A stretch of 19,270 bases of DNA from Methanobacteriota archaeon. GTDB lineage: Archaea > Altiarchaeota > Altiarchaeia > IMC4 > QMZM01. The position numbers and the translations under genes are program-made. The stretch's first letter is position 1, and each line of letters begins with the position of its first letter. This document shows, piece by piece, positions 7,597-16,500 of the stretch. The notes under the pieces are model-generated. The model was not told where the DNA came from, ran no database searches, and worked only from the letters and a program-made list of their open reading frames with translations. The stretch is from NCBI GenBank assembly GCA_021731385.1, contig JAKFXM010000207.1, positions 1 to 19,270 of the forward strand. Direction: 5' to 3'.

Positions 7597-8808
7597 TCAC
7601 TCATATCTCAATGCGTCAACCGGCTTAAGATTTGCAGCCTGCCTTGCCGGAAGAAAACCTGAAATACATCCGACAATGAAGGAAAACAATAAAGCGCCTA
7701 TGATGAGCTGTGGGGTGATTGCCGCCTGTACAATGGTCTGATCTAATTGCACCACTGCTATATATTCGACTATCTTGCCTAGCGTTGCTCCGATGAGGCA
7801 CCCTACAACTCCTCCGATCAGACCTATCAGGCCGGATTCCATCATGAACATGACGACTATGTTAGAGTTTTTTGCACCTATTGCTTTCATGACACCGATT
7901 TCTCTTGTCCTTTCAAGGACTGATGTATACATGGTATTCATTATCCCGACACCCCCGACGATCAGGGAGATACCTGCTATGCCCGCAACTATCGCCTGCA
8001 CTGCATCAAGTATTGTCCCAACAGACGACCTTACCTGTTCGAGTGTTATTACATTGAAGTCTTCTTCCCCTTTTTTAAGACCTCTATCCTGCCTCATTTT
8101 TTCTTTTATCTTATCTGCGACGACTTTTACATTATAGCCATCTTTGATTCGTATCATTATTTCTATGTAGTCATCTTTGACGCTGAATAGATTCTTTGCG
8201 TCTTCGGCAGTTATGTAGAGGTGGCTGTCATCGTCGGGGTTTCCTATCCTGCTTACAAATGCAGATACTGTGAATCTCCTATCATTGATGGTAATTTTGT
8301 CGCCTATCTTAAGCGGCTGATCAAATGCTTTTCCACCCCAGTATTCATACCCTACGGCTACCTTGTTAGTGTCCCCGGGCTTAAACCTCTGTTGCCCTTT
8401 TTCTATCTTGACCCCTGTGCCTTCCAGTAGAATGTCCTGCGTATCTCCACTGTCCACACCAACAACCATAGGATACACAATCTTATCCTGAAACTTTACC
8501 TTGGCTATCTTGCCGATAATACCCCCTGCGAGTTCAACGCCTTTAACGCCTTTTATAAGTCTTATGTCATGGTCTGTGAGTTTTGATGCTGCCCCTCCGG
8601 GGCCGAACAAACCCCCAGGCATGATGAATACGAGGTTTGGCCCAAGTATTGCGAACTGCTGGTTTATTGCATACTGCAAACCTTGGCCTAAGGAGATAAG
8701 AGATACTATGGCCGCTATCCCTATCACTATGCCTATGACCGTCAGCCAGCTTCTTATCCCCTTGTTCTTGATGCTTTTAAGCGATATATTCAGAAATTCA
8801 TCCAGCAT
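7597..8808 (-). CDS. ABC transporter permease, MacB/FtsX-type (large extracytoplasmic domain plus 4 TM)
   Basis: 403 aa. An N-terminal TM helix is followed by a domain of about 250 aa outside the membrane and a C-terminal FtsX-like 3-TM bundle ending KPVDALRYE. It is a paralogue of the upstream permease. Confidence 0.7.
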   Translation of the reverse strand: MLDEFLNISLKSIKNKGIRSWLTVIGIVIGIAAIVSLISLGQGLQYAINQQFAILGPNLVFIMPGGLFGPGGAASKLTDHDIRLIKGVKGVELAGGIIGKIAKVKFQDKIVYPMVVGVDSGDTQDILLEGTGVKIEKGQQRFKPGDTNKVAVGYEYWGGKAFDQPLKIGDKITINDRRFTVSAFVSRIGNPDDDSHLYITAEDAKNLFSVKDDYIEIMIRIKDGYNVKVVADKIKEKMRQDRGLKKGEEDFNVITLEQVRSSVGTILDAVQAIVAGIAGISLIVGGVGIMNTMYTSVLERTREIGVMKAIGAKNSNIVVMFMMESGLIGLIGGVVGCLIGATLGKIVEYIAVVQLDQTIVQAAITPQLIIGALLFSFIVGCISGFLPARQAANLKPVDALRYE

Positions 8809-8813
8809 TTTCG

Positions 8814-10037
8814 TTACCTGTATCTTAATGCATCGACTGGTTTCATATTAGCCGCTCTTATTGCAGGCATGTACCCTGAAATGCATCCTACGAGAAATGA
8901 AAACGCAAGTGCCCCTAATATTAAATCCGGTCCTGCATAGATGGCGAAATCCTTTATTCCATAGGACCTTACTACATTTTCAGCTATCAGGCTGGCGATG
9001 AGACCGAGTATTACCCCTATTATGCCCCCTACGAGACCAAGAAGTCCGGATTCCGCTATGAATATCAGGAGTATGTCGGAGTTTCTCGCACCGATTGATT
9101 TCATTATGCCTATCTGCCTTGTCCTTTCAATGACGGACGTGTACATGGTAGTCATTATGCCTATACCCCCAACAATCAGGGATATTGCGGCTATGCCGGA
9201 TAAAACGAGCGTGACTATGTTCAGTACGATCTTGAATGATGCAACGATATTTTCAGAAGTCTGAACAGAAAAGTCCTCCTCTTTTTCCTTAACGTGCCTG
9301 TGTTGTCGCAGGCGATCCTTAATCTTTTCTGCAACATCTGACGGTTCGGATCCCTTCTTTACCTTTACCGAGATCATTGAGTACTCGTCTGTTTTGTTAA
9401 AAAGATCCTTTGCAGTGTCAAGGGGTATTATTATCCTACTGGCTGTAAATGGGTCTCCGGTATCTTTATTTATGCCGACGACGTCGAATTCAACATCATT
9501 TATCTTAATCTTACTGCCTAATCTAATGTCTTTTTTAAACAGGCCTTCTCCAACATTAGGACCTATAATCGCCTTGTATCTATCGCTCTTCTTGAGATAA
9601 CCTCCCTTCTCAACCTTTGAGAAGTCCGAATCCCTAAGAAATGGCAGATACTCTGGGTCTGTTGATATCCCTACTACAGAACCAAACTTCTTTTTATTAT
9701 TGTATTCGATATCAGCTGTCACGAAGATTATACCAAGGGCCATGTCAACACCCCTCACCCTCTTGACGACGTCAACATCGCTTTCATGTAACTTGGCCGA
9801 AGTAAGCGTTCCGCCGGGAGGACCGCTCTGGAATCCCCCGCCTCCAGGGGTGACGATTATCCTATCACCACCTATAGCCTCAAACTGCCTATCTATGTAT
9901 TTCTGCAAACCCTGACCAAGGGAAATAAGGGTAACCACGGCAATTATGCCTATGAACACCCCTACCATTGTAAGCCAGCTCCTGACCTTCCTGTTGGCTA
10001 TGCCATCCAAGGCAAGCTTTAGATAATCGCTCCACAT
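8814..10037 (-). CDS. ABC transporter permease, MacB/FtsX-type (tandem paralogue)
   Basis: 407 aa with the same architecture and clear sequence similarity to the 7597-8808 product, for example the shared end ...MKPVDALRY. ATG at 10035-10037. Confidence 0.7.
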   Translation of the reverse strand: MWSDYLKLALDGIANRKVRSWLTMVGVFIGIIAVVTLISLGQGLQKYIDRQFEAIGGDRIIVTPGGGGFQSGPPGGTLTSAKLHESDVDVVKRVRGVDMALGIIFVTADIEYNNKKKFGSVVGISTDPEYLPFLRDSDFSKVEKGGYLKKSDRYKAIIGPNVGEGLFKKDIRLGSKIKINDVEFDVVGINKDTGDPFTASRIIIPLDTAKDLFNKTDEYSMISVKVKKGSEPSDVAEKIKDRLRQHRHVKEKEEDFSVQTSENIVASFKIVLNIVTLVLSGIAAISLIVGGIGIMTTMYTSVIERTRQIGIMKSIGARNSDILLIFIAESGLLGLVGGIIGVILGLIASLIAENVVRSYGIKDFAIYAGPDLILGALAFSFLVGCISGYMPAIRAANMKPVDALRYR

Positions 10038-10050
10038 GATTCATTAAAAA

Positions 10051-11688
10051 TCAAACCTTTCTCTTGAAGATTTTTCTGTCTATATAGCCTGTGAAAAGCA
10101 GGAGGAGTTTATAGACAAACCAAAGAACCAATCCAACAACGATTAAACCGACCAATAAACTCACTCCAGTGATTATAAGCGATACAGCGCTCCCTGTCGG
10201 CTGCTTACTTGCATACTCCTGTACTGAAAGGATGTTAAGGTCCAAATCCACCGTATCGATGTGGTCTATGTTACTGTTCTTTTCCTTGTAACTTACTTCA
10301 AGCTTCAGGGGTATTTTTCCCGCAGGGACGTTGTCTTTTATCTGTATCTCGAATTCCTGAGTGTCTGTTGCATCCGAGTCAAGGTTTCCTATATAGGCTT
10401 CAGTTGAGGAGAGCATATTGTAGTTTCCGGTAGGTAGGAGTTTAAGATTCAGGAATTTAACTTCAGCAAATCCTTTATTGACCACATTGATGGTTATCTT
10501 TCCCTTGCTTCCTGAAGTAAACAGGTCTGCTTTTTCAAGGATGAGTTTTATCTCGGGTTTACCGCTTACTTGTATGCCGATTGATTTCTTAACCGTATGC
10601 TTTAAGCCGGCTGAATCAAAGTAATCGATGCTTATAGGTACATCGTAGGCTTTTATGTCGGCTGTGGAGTCAATCATGGCTTGGAAATTTATTTTCTTTG
10701 TCTCATGGCCTTTGATTTTCCCGGCGTATCTATCAGATGACCCGACCGCGGTAAAGGGGCTTTCAAGGTCCAGTGTTACACTGACATCATCTGCAGGGGC
10801 GCTTCCTACATTGTTAATCTCTATGGAGATATTAGATACCGTTCCAGGATTTGTATTCTCATAAATTACGTTTGTTATCTTGAAGTCTACATCATATCTG
10901 TTAACATCTATTCCTACCAGCAGGGTCTCTGTTAAGGGATTGCCAGAAGCATCAGAATAATCGAGAATAAGGTTTAAAGAGCACACACCTACACTCACCG
11001 GTTGTATTAAATATTCCAGTTTAAAGTTTTCTCCTTTGCCTAAGTTCCCCATGTATGATTTCGAAGAACCAAGTATAGAAGCACATGATGATGAAAGCGT
11101 TGCAGAAATATCTCTTGCCCCGTCCTGCGTACTACCTATGATAACAAGTTTCTCGCTGATGTCTTCAAAAAAATCTGCTTTTTCTACATCAACCTTGAAA
11201 TTAGCCTTTCCATAAGTCCTCAACGGAAAATCCCAGAGGGAAAGCTGATTGTTTTTCCTGTTTCCTTTAGAGTCATAACCATCGTAGCTTATCCTTACCT
11301 GTAGAGTGTGAAGACCTATAGAAGCGTCTTTTGATATAGATACAGTCGTTGATACGGTTTTTGTACTTAACGGGTCTATTCTGCCTACATCCCATCTCCT
11401 GTCAACGTGTACATCGCTTGTCCCGGGTATGTAGACCTGTACATTTTCCGCAGACTGTAAGCCGACATTCTTTACCACAACCTGCAGAACACCTGAATCA
11501 CCCGGCTTAAGGTTGCTGTCTATGTGCGTCAGATCATAATCCAATACTACGTTTGTCGGTGTAAGAACTGTCTGCGTTGCAGTTGTAGTCATGCTTGCCG
11601 TTTCCTGAATTGTTGCATTGACTATTCCGATAATCACTGAAAATATAGCCAACAGAAGCATTCCCTTATAAATTCTTTTCATATTCAT
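10051..11688 (-). CDS. secreted or surface-anchored protein with repeated COG1361/DUF11-like (CARDB-type) beta domains
   Basis: 545 aa. The N-terminal signal peptide is MNMKRIYKGMLLLAIFSVIIGIVNA. Repeated segments of the form NVG....V.V.L follow (VKNVGLQSAENVQVYIP, IEINNVGSAPADDVSVTL, ITINVVNKGFAEVKFLNL). The C-terminus has a TM helix and a basic tail (LIVVGLVLWFVYKLL...RKIFKRKV). SD GGAGG lies 10 nt before ATG at 11686-11688. Confidence 0.6.
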   Translation of the reverse strand: MNMKRIYKGMLLLAIFSVIIGIVNATIQETASMTTTATQTVLTPTNVVLDYDLTHIDSNLKPGDSGVLQVVVKNVGLQSAENVQVYIPGTSDVHVDRRWDVGRIDPLSTKTVSTTVSISKDASIGLHTLQVRISYDGYDSKGNRKNNQLSLWDFPLRTYGKANFKVDVEKADFFEDISEKLVIIGSTQDGARDISATLSSSCASILGSSKSYMGNLGKGENFKLEYLIQPVSVGVCSLNLILDYSDASGNPLTETLLVGIDVNRYDVDFKITNVIYENTNPGTVSNISIEINNVGSAPADDVSVTLDLESPFTAVGSSDRYAGKIKGHETKKINFQAMIDSTADIKAYDVPISIDYFDSAGLKHTVKKSIGIQVSGKPEIKLILEKADLFTSGSKGKITINVVNKGFAEVKFLNLKLLPTGNYNMLSSTEAYIGNLDSDATDTQEFEIQIKDNVPAGKIPLKLEVSYKEKNSNIDHIDTVDLDLNILSVQEYASKQPTGSAVSLIITGVSLLVGLIVVGLVLWFVYKLLLLFTGYIDRKIFKRKV

Positions 11689-11753
11689 TTTTCGCTATCC
11701 TCCTTTATTTTTATTATAATAAATTTTATGTGTCCGCATGAATTTTATGGATT

Positions 11754-12443
11754 TTATTCTGCGGGAACAACCTTGCCGTCTTTTAGATTTACAGACCTTT
11801 TGGCATATTTAGCCACATTTGGATCGTGCGTTACCATTACGATGGTTTTGCCTTCTCTGGAGTGCAAATCCGAAAGCATCGTCATAACTTCTCTCCCGGT
11901 TTTTGTGTCAAGGTTTCCCGTAGGCTCGTCTGCCAGTATAACCTCCGGATTGTTTGCAAGCGATCTCGCTATAGCAACCCTCTGCTGCTGACCTCCCGAC
12001 AGTTCCATTGGTTTGTGATTTAGTCTGTCGCCTAAGCCCACTGATACCAGGAGTTCTTTTGCTCTTTTCTCTCTTTGGTCTCTTGGAACTCCTTGGAATG
12101 TCATTGGTAGCATTATATTTTCAAGCGCTGTGAGCCCCGGCATGAGATTGAATGTCTGGAATATGAATCCTATCTTTTTGCCTCTTATTTGCGCGAGGTC
12201 GCTTTCCGAGAGCTGGGATATGTCTTGGCCTGAAAGGAAGATTTTCCCTCTTGTAGGCACATCCAGACACCCCACCATGTTCATCGCAGTTGATTTTCCA
12301 CTTCCGCTTGGACCCATTATGGCTACAAACTCTCCATGAAAGACTTTAAGGCTAATTCCTCTAAGTGCGGGCACCTCTACATTGCCCATATTGTAGATTT
12401 TCCAGACATCCTGCAACTCTATTACTGGATTTTGATTTTCCAT
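11754..12443 (-). CDS. ABC transporter ATP-binding protein (MacB/LolD-like)
   Basis: 229 aa. It carries Walker A GPSGSGKST, the signature LSGGQQQRVAIAR, Walker B ILADEPTGNLD and an H-loop VTHD. ATG at 12441-12443. Confidence 0.85.
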   Translation of the reverse strand: MENQNPVIELQDVWKIYNMGNVEVPALRGISLKVFHGEFVAIMGPSGSGKSTAMNMVGCLDVPTRGKIFLSGQDISQLSESDLAQIRGKKIGFIFQTFNLMPGLTALENIMLPMTFQGVPRDQREKRAKELLVSVGLGDRLNHKPMELSGGQQQRVAIARSLANNPEVILADEPTGNLDTKTGREVMTMLSDLHSREGKTIVMVTHDPNVAKYAKRSVNLKDGKVVPAE

Positions 12444-12487
12444 CTGGGATACCAGTATATTATGGAACGCTTACAGAAATACAAAAA

Positions 12488-13510
12488 ATGCGCCACTATT
12501 CCATCTGGCTTGAAAGGTATAACAGCAGAAGAGACCAGATTCTAAGAAATCTCAGGGTATACAAGGATGAGGTAAATTCAATAAAGAAAATCATATCAGA
12601 TAAAAACCTTATACTCCCGCTGAAAGAAACAAATGTTGATATGGGGGGGAGAATGTGCTTTGTCGATGGCGGTGAAGGAGTAACTGAACTTCTTGGTGCA
12701 TCAGTCTACTTTATACGCGCATCAGGATTGATTTTAGACAGGGCGCAAAATGCGCCAAAGGAAGAATTTGTCAGGGATCTCGATATTGACGTGATAGATC
12801 ATAATGAACATACAAAAGAGAGGATTGAATTCCTCCGAAGTGCGATGGAATTTGATGTTGCCATGAGATGCATAGAGAAGCATAATCCGGAATATCTCTT
12901 TATTGATGGCTCGCTATATGTAAATTCGGAAAAGAGGCCAATAGAGTGCAGTGAATACCACTCGTATAGAAAAAAATTTGCACGGCTCTTGAAATCCTGC
13001 AAAAAGAATTCAGTTCACATCGTCGGGGTTTCTGAAGACAGCCAGTCAAGACTTTTTATGAATTATCTTTCAATGAAGTACAGAATAAAATTTCCGAAAT
13101 TTATGACAGATTCAAGTATTCTCAGGCTAATTTCATTGAATACGAAATTCAGAACCATAGAATTTATCCCGCGGTCCGTCTTTGAATCCGATTCTTCTTC
13201 ACCCCTAACGGTGTCATTCCCTACCATTTACATCCAGCCGACAAGCCTCTCAAATCCGTTAAGGGTTGATGTTCCTGACTGGGAACAGGATTTCAAGAAG
13301 GTTATAAGCCTCATACTACAACTCTCAAAGGGCTCAAAGCAGTATGGTTATCCCCTGCCGTTATACCTTGTTCATCTTGATGCAAGAATTGAAGAAAAGC
13401 AGACCGAATGGAGCACAAGGCAGATTATACACCACATCTCGAGAGAGGATCCTGAACTTTATGAAACGATCCTGAGAGAGAAGCGGAGGGGATTCAGACC
13501 GAAAAGCTGA
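12488..13510 (+). CDS. nurA: NurA-family 5'-3' nuclease (orphan; no HerA in window)
   Basis: About 340 aa from ATG 12488. NurA motifs, as I recall them, appear in order: CFVDGG (first Asp motif), YLFIDGSLY (second Asp motif), IVGVSEDSQS (GVxKxS-like) and YGYPLPLYLVHLDA (GYP...L..H). The six-frame ORF extends to a GTG at 12365, but that portion overlaps the ABC ATPase gene on the other strand and is likely not translated. Confidence 0.55.
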   Translation: MRHYSIWLERYNSRRDQILRNLRVYKDEVNSIKKIISDKNLILPLKETNVDMGGRMCFVDGGEGVTELLGASVYFIRASGLILDRAQNAPKEEFVRDLDIDVIDHNEHTKERIEFLRSAMEFDVAMRCIEKHNPEYLFIDGSLYVNSEKRPIECSEYHSYRKKFARLLKSCKKNSVHIVGVSEDSQSRLFMNYLSMKYRIKFPKFMTDSSILRLISLNTKFRTIEFIPRSVFESDSSSPLTVSFPTIYIQPTSLSNPLRVDVPDWEQDFKKVISLILQLSKGSKQYGYPLPLYLVHLDARIEEKQTEWSTRQIIHHISREDPELYETILREKRRGFRPKS

Positions 13511-13587
13511 GATATCTTTGTTTAATAGTATGGTATATTCTTATTCATTCAATTTAATATTAAAGTATCTCTATAACTGGTGATTCT

Positions 13588-16500
13588 ATGGCACAAAGCA
13601 AACCCCAAATTAGTTCTAAAGACAAGAAAAATTTTGCCAACCCGAAAAATTCCAAAGGAATTTTTGGGCCCATTGAGCCAGAGGCTCAATCGGGTGGCAA
13701 AATTTTTGTGCCCAATCAGAAACTTATAGTTTCTGATTCGGGCAAGAAGGAAAAATTTATTCTCTGGTTTGATGAAATCGGCATTGAGGATGTCCCTCTT
13801 GTAGGCGGAAAAAATGCATCCTTGGGGGAGATGATAAGAGAGTTAAGCAGCGAGGGGATAAATGTTCCAAACGGTTTTGCAATAACTGCCTATGCATATA
13901 ACTATCTGCTGAAAAATGCCAAGATTGAGGAGAAGATTAAATCCGCTCTCGCAGACCTTGACACACATAACATTAACAACTTAATGGAAAGGGGCAAAAA
14001 GGTCAGGGATATAATTCTCAAAGCTGAATTTCCGGAAGAACTAAAATCTGAAATAATAGATGCATATTCCCAGATGCACAAGAAATTTGGCTATGAAGGA
14101 AATCCGGATGTCGCTATTCGCTCAAGCGCAACTGCAGAGGATTTGCCAGATGCTTCTTTTGCAGGGCAGCAGGACACCTACCTCAACATCAGGGGTCCTG
14201 ATGCTGTGATTGATGCGTGTAAAAAATGTTTTGCAAGCCTCTTTACCGACCGGGCAATCTCGTACCGGACGGATAAGGGCTTCAACCATTTTGATGTCTA
14301 CCTTTCAATTGCCGTCCAAAAGATGGTCCGGAGCGATTCTGCGAGTTCCGGTGTCGTTTTCTCGATAGATACTGAGTCTGGTTTTAAGGATGTTGTTTTT
14401 ATAACGGGTTCTTACGGTCTTGGTGAAAACATTGTCAAGGGTGCAGTAAATCCAGATGAAATCTATGTATTCAAGCCAACACTGAAAAAGGGAAAGAAAC
14501 CAATTATTGGAAAGAAATTGGGGACAAAGAAGATAAAGATGGTTTATTCCGATACCGGAACTAAGAATATAGACACACCGGAAGAAGAGAGTAACAGATT
14601 CTGCATGACGGATGATGAGGCATTGAAATTGGCCGAGTGGACATGCATCATTGAGGATCACTACAGTAAAAAGGCAGGTTATTACAAGCCCATGGACATA
14701 GAATGGGCAAAGGATGGTGACGGAATAAAAATTGGATCTGGCAAATTATTCGTTGTCCAGGCAAGACCGGAAACAGTGCATTCTCAGAAAAATTCAAAGA
14801 TAATAAGGACATACATACTGAAGGAAACGGGCACGGTTCTTATTACGGGTCAGGCAGTAGGGGAACTTATTGGAAAGGGCGAAGCGAATAATATTGCAAG
14901 TTCTGAAGAGATAACGAAATTCAAAAAAGGTCAGGTTCTTGTAACAGACATGACTGATCCGGATTGGGAGCCGATAATGAAGATAGCATCTGCGATTGTT
15001 ACGAATAGGGGGGGCAGGACATGTTTCTCTGGAGATACTAAAATTTTAACTAACAATGGATTTATGACTATGAGTGAAATTTTTGAAAATCATGAAGGGC
15101 TGTTTGTTCCTTCTCTGAACAGAAATACCCTAAAAATAGAATGGAAGTCTATTCTAGCTGTAATGAAAAGACAAAGCGAGGTTATTGAAATTGAAACATC
15201 ATTAACAGGAAGGATGAAAGGCAACAGACTTAAACTTACACCAGACCATAAGATGCTCACATTTGAGAATAGGCAACTTGTTACAAAGGAAATAGATAAA
15301 ATCGTAGAAGAGAAAGAATACCTAACAATAATGGACGCCCTTCCAGCATTATCAAGCAGTTCTGAAAGAGAAAATGATCTTGCATATCTGCTGGGTGCAA
15401 TATCAACTGATGGCCATATATATCTAACAAAAACTCATGGAGAAGTTCAATTAATCCAAAAACCAACAAAGGAAAAAGAGGCTTTTATTAAAGAGGTTGA
15501 TGGTTGCTTAAACAAGGTTTACGGCAAAAGATTTAATCCGAAATTCAGAGAATTTCGGAGCTTCGATTTTCCTCTGGAAAATCGAATTAAGGTCAGCAAA
15601 AAGCAAGAGAGTGAAGGGAGTATTAGAGGAAAACCTTGTATAGGCTCTGCAAATGCTTACAGATGTTACGGTAAACAAATAGCTATAAGTTTATTAGAAG
15701 AACAACAAAATTTCATTCAGACACTCTTATATGCTGATGAGAGCCTAATTCTTAATTTCCTGGCAGGGGTTATTGATGGCGATGGTTCAATTAACGGGGA
15801 AGGAACAAGAATCAATATATATTGTTCAAAAGAAGGTCTTTTACAGCAAATAGTTGTTGGATGTCTTAGATTAGGCATACTCCTGCAGGTTACAAGAAAC
15901 AGGAATATTTACAATGTGCAAATCGTTGAGAAGTTAGATAGAATATTAGAATTTACGAAACGGGTTAAATGTCATAACAAGAAAAATTTCCTTTCAGGAA
16001 ATTTTTGTGTGGCTGAGCCCAAAGGGCTCAGACACGTGTCTGAGGCGAAGCCTCAGCCACATGCCCAATCAGCCTTAAAGGCTGATTCGGGTAAAAATGA
16101 TAGAAAGCGTATTGGGACAAGATTCTTTTCTGCAAGACAACTCCTTGATGATGTTAAACACAAGGTGAATTATAAGGGCAGAACTTTGCCGTGCATAGAC
16201 AAAAACCTGTTAATTGACTCTGAAAAAATTAAGAGGGATCTACTTGGATTGTGTCCTGAAAAAATTAAAAACGAAATTATGAAGATACTATCCTCAGATA
16301 CAAGAATGCAAAGAGTTAGGAAAACTGCCAATTTAGGGGTTCAGGATGTTTATAATATAACAATTGCAGATAATCACAATTATGTTGTTTTCACTGATAG
16401 ATACACACCAATAATTGTCAATAACTGTCACGCAGCAATAGTGTCAAGGGAACTCGGAATTCCATGCATTATCGGAACAGGTAATGGAACGGAAATTCTT

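Noticed and set aside
7775-9264. Two antisense ORFs (7775-8137 and 8998-9264) whose translations resemble each other
   Set aside because: They lie opposite the two paralogous permease genes. The similarity is simply the mirror image of the permease paralogy and not independent evidence of antisense genes.
12336-12545. 69-aa ORF and the GTG-extended N-terminus (12365) of the NurA-like ORF
   Set aside because: Both overlap the 5' end of the ABC ATPase gene on the opposite strand. The NurA homology only begins after ATG 12488. They are treated as non-coding overlap.
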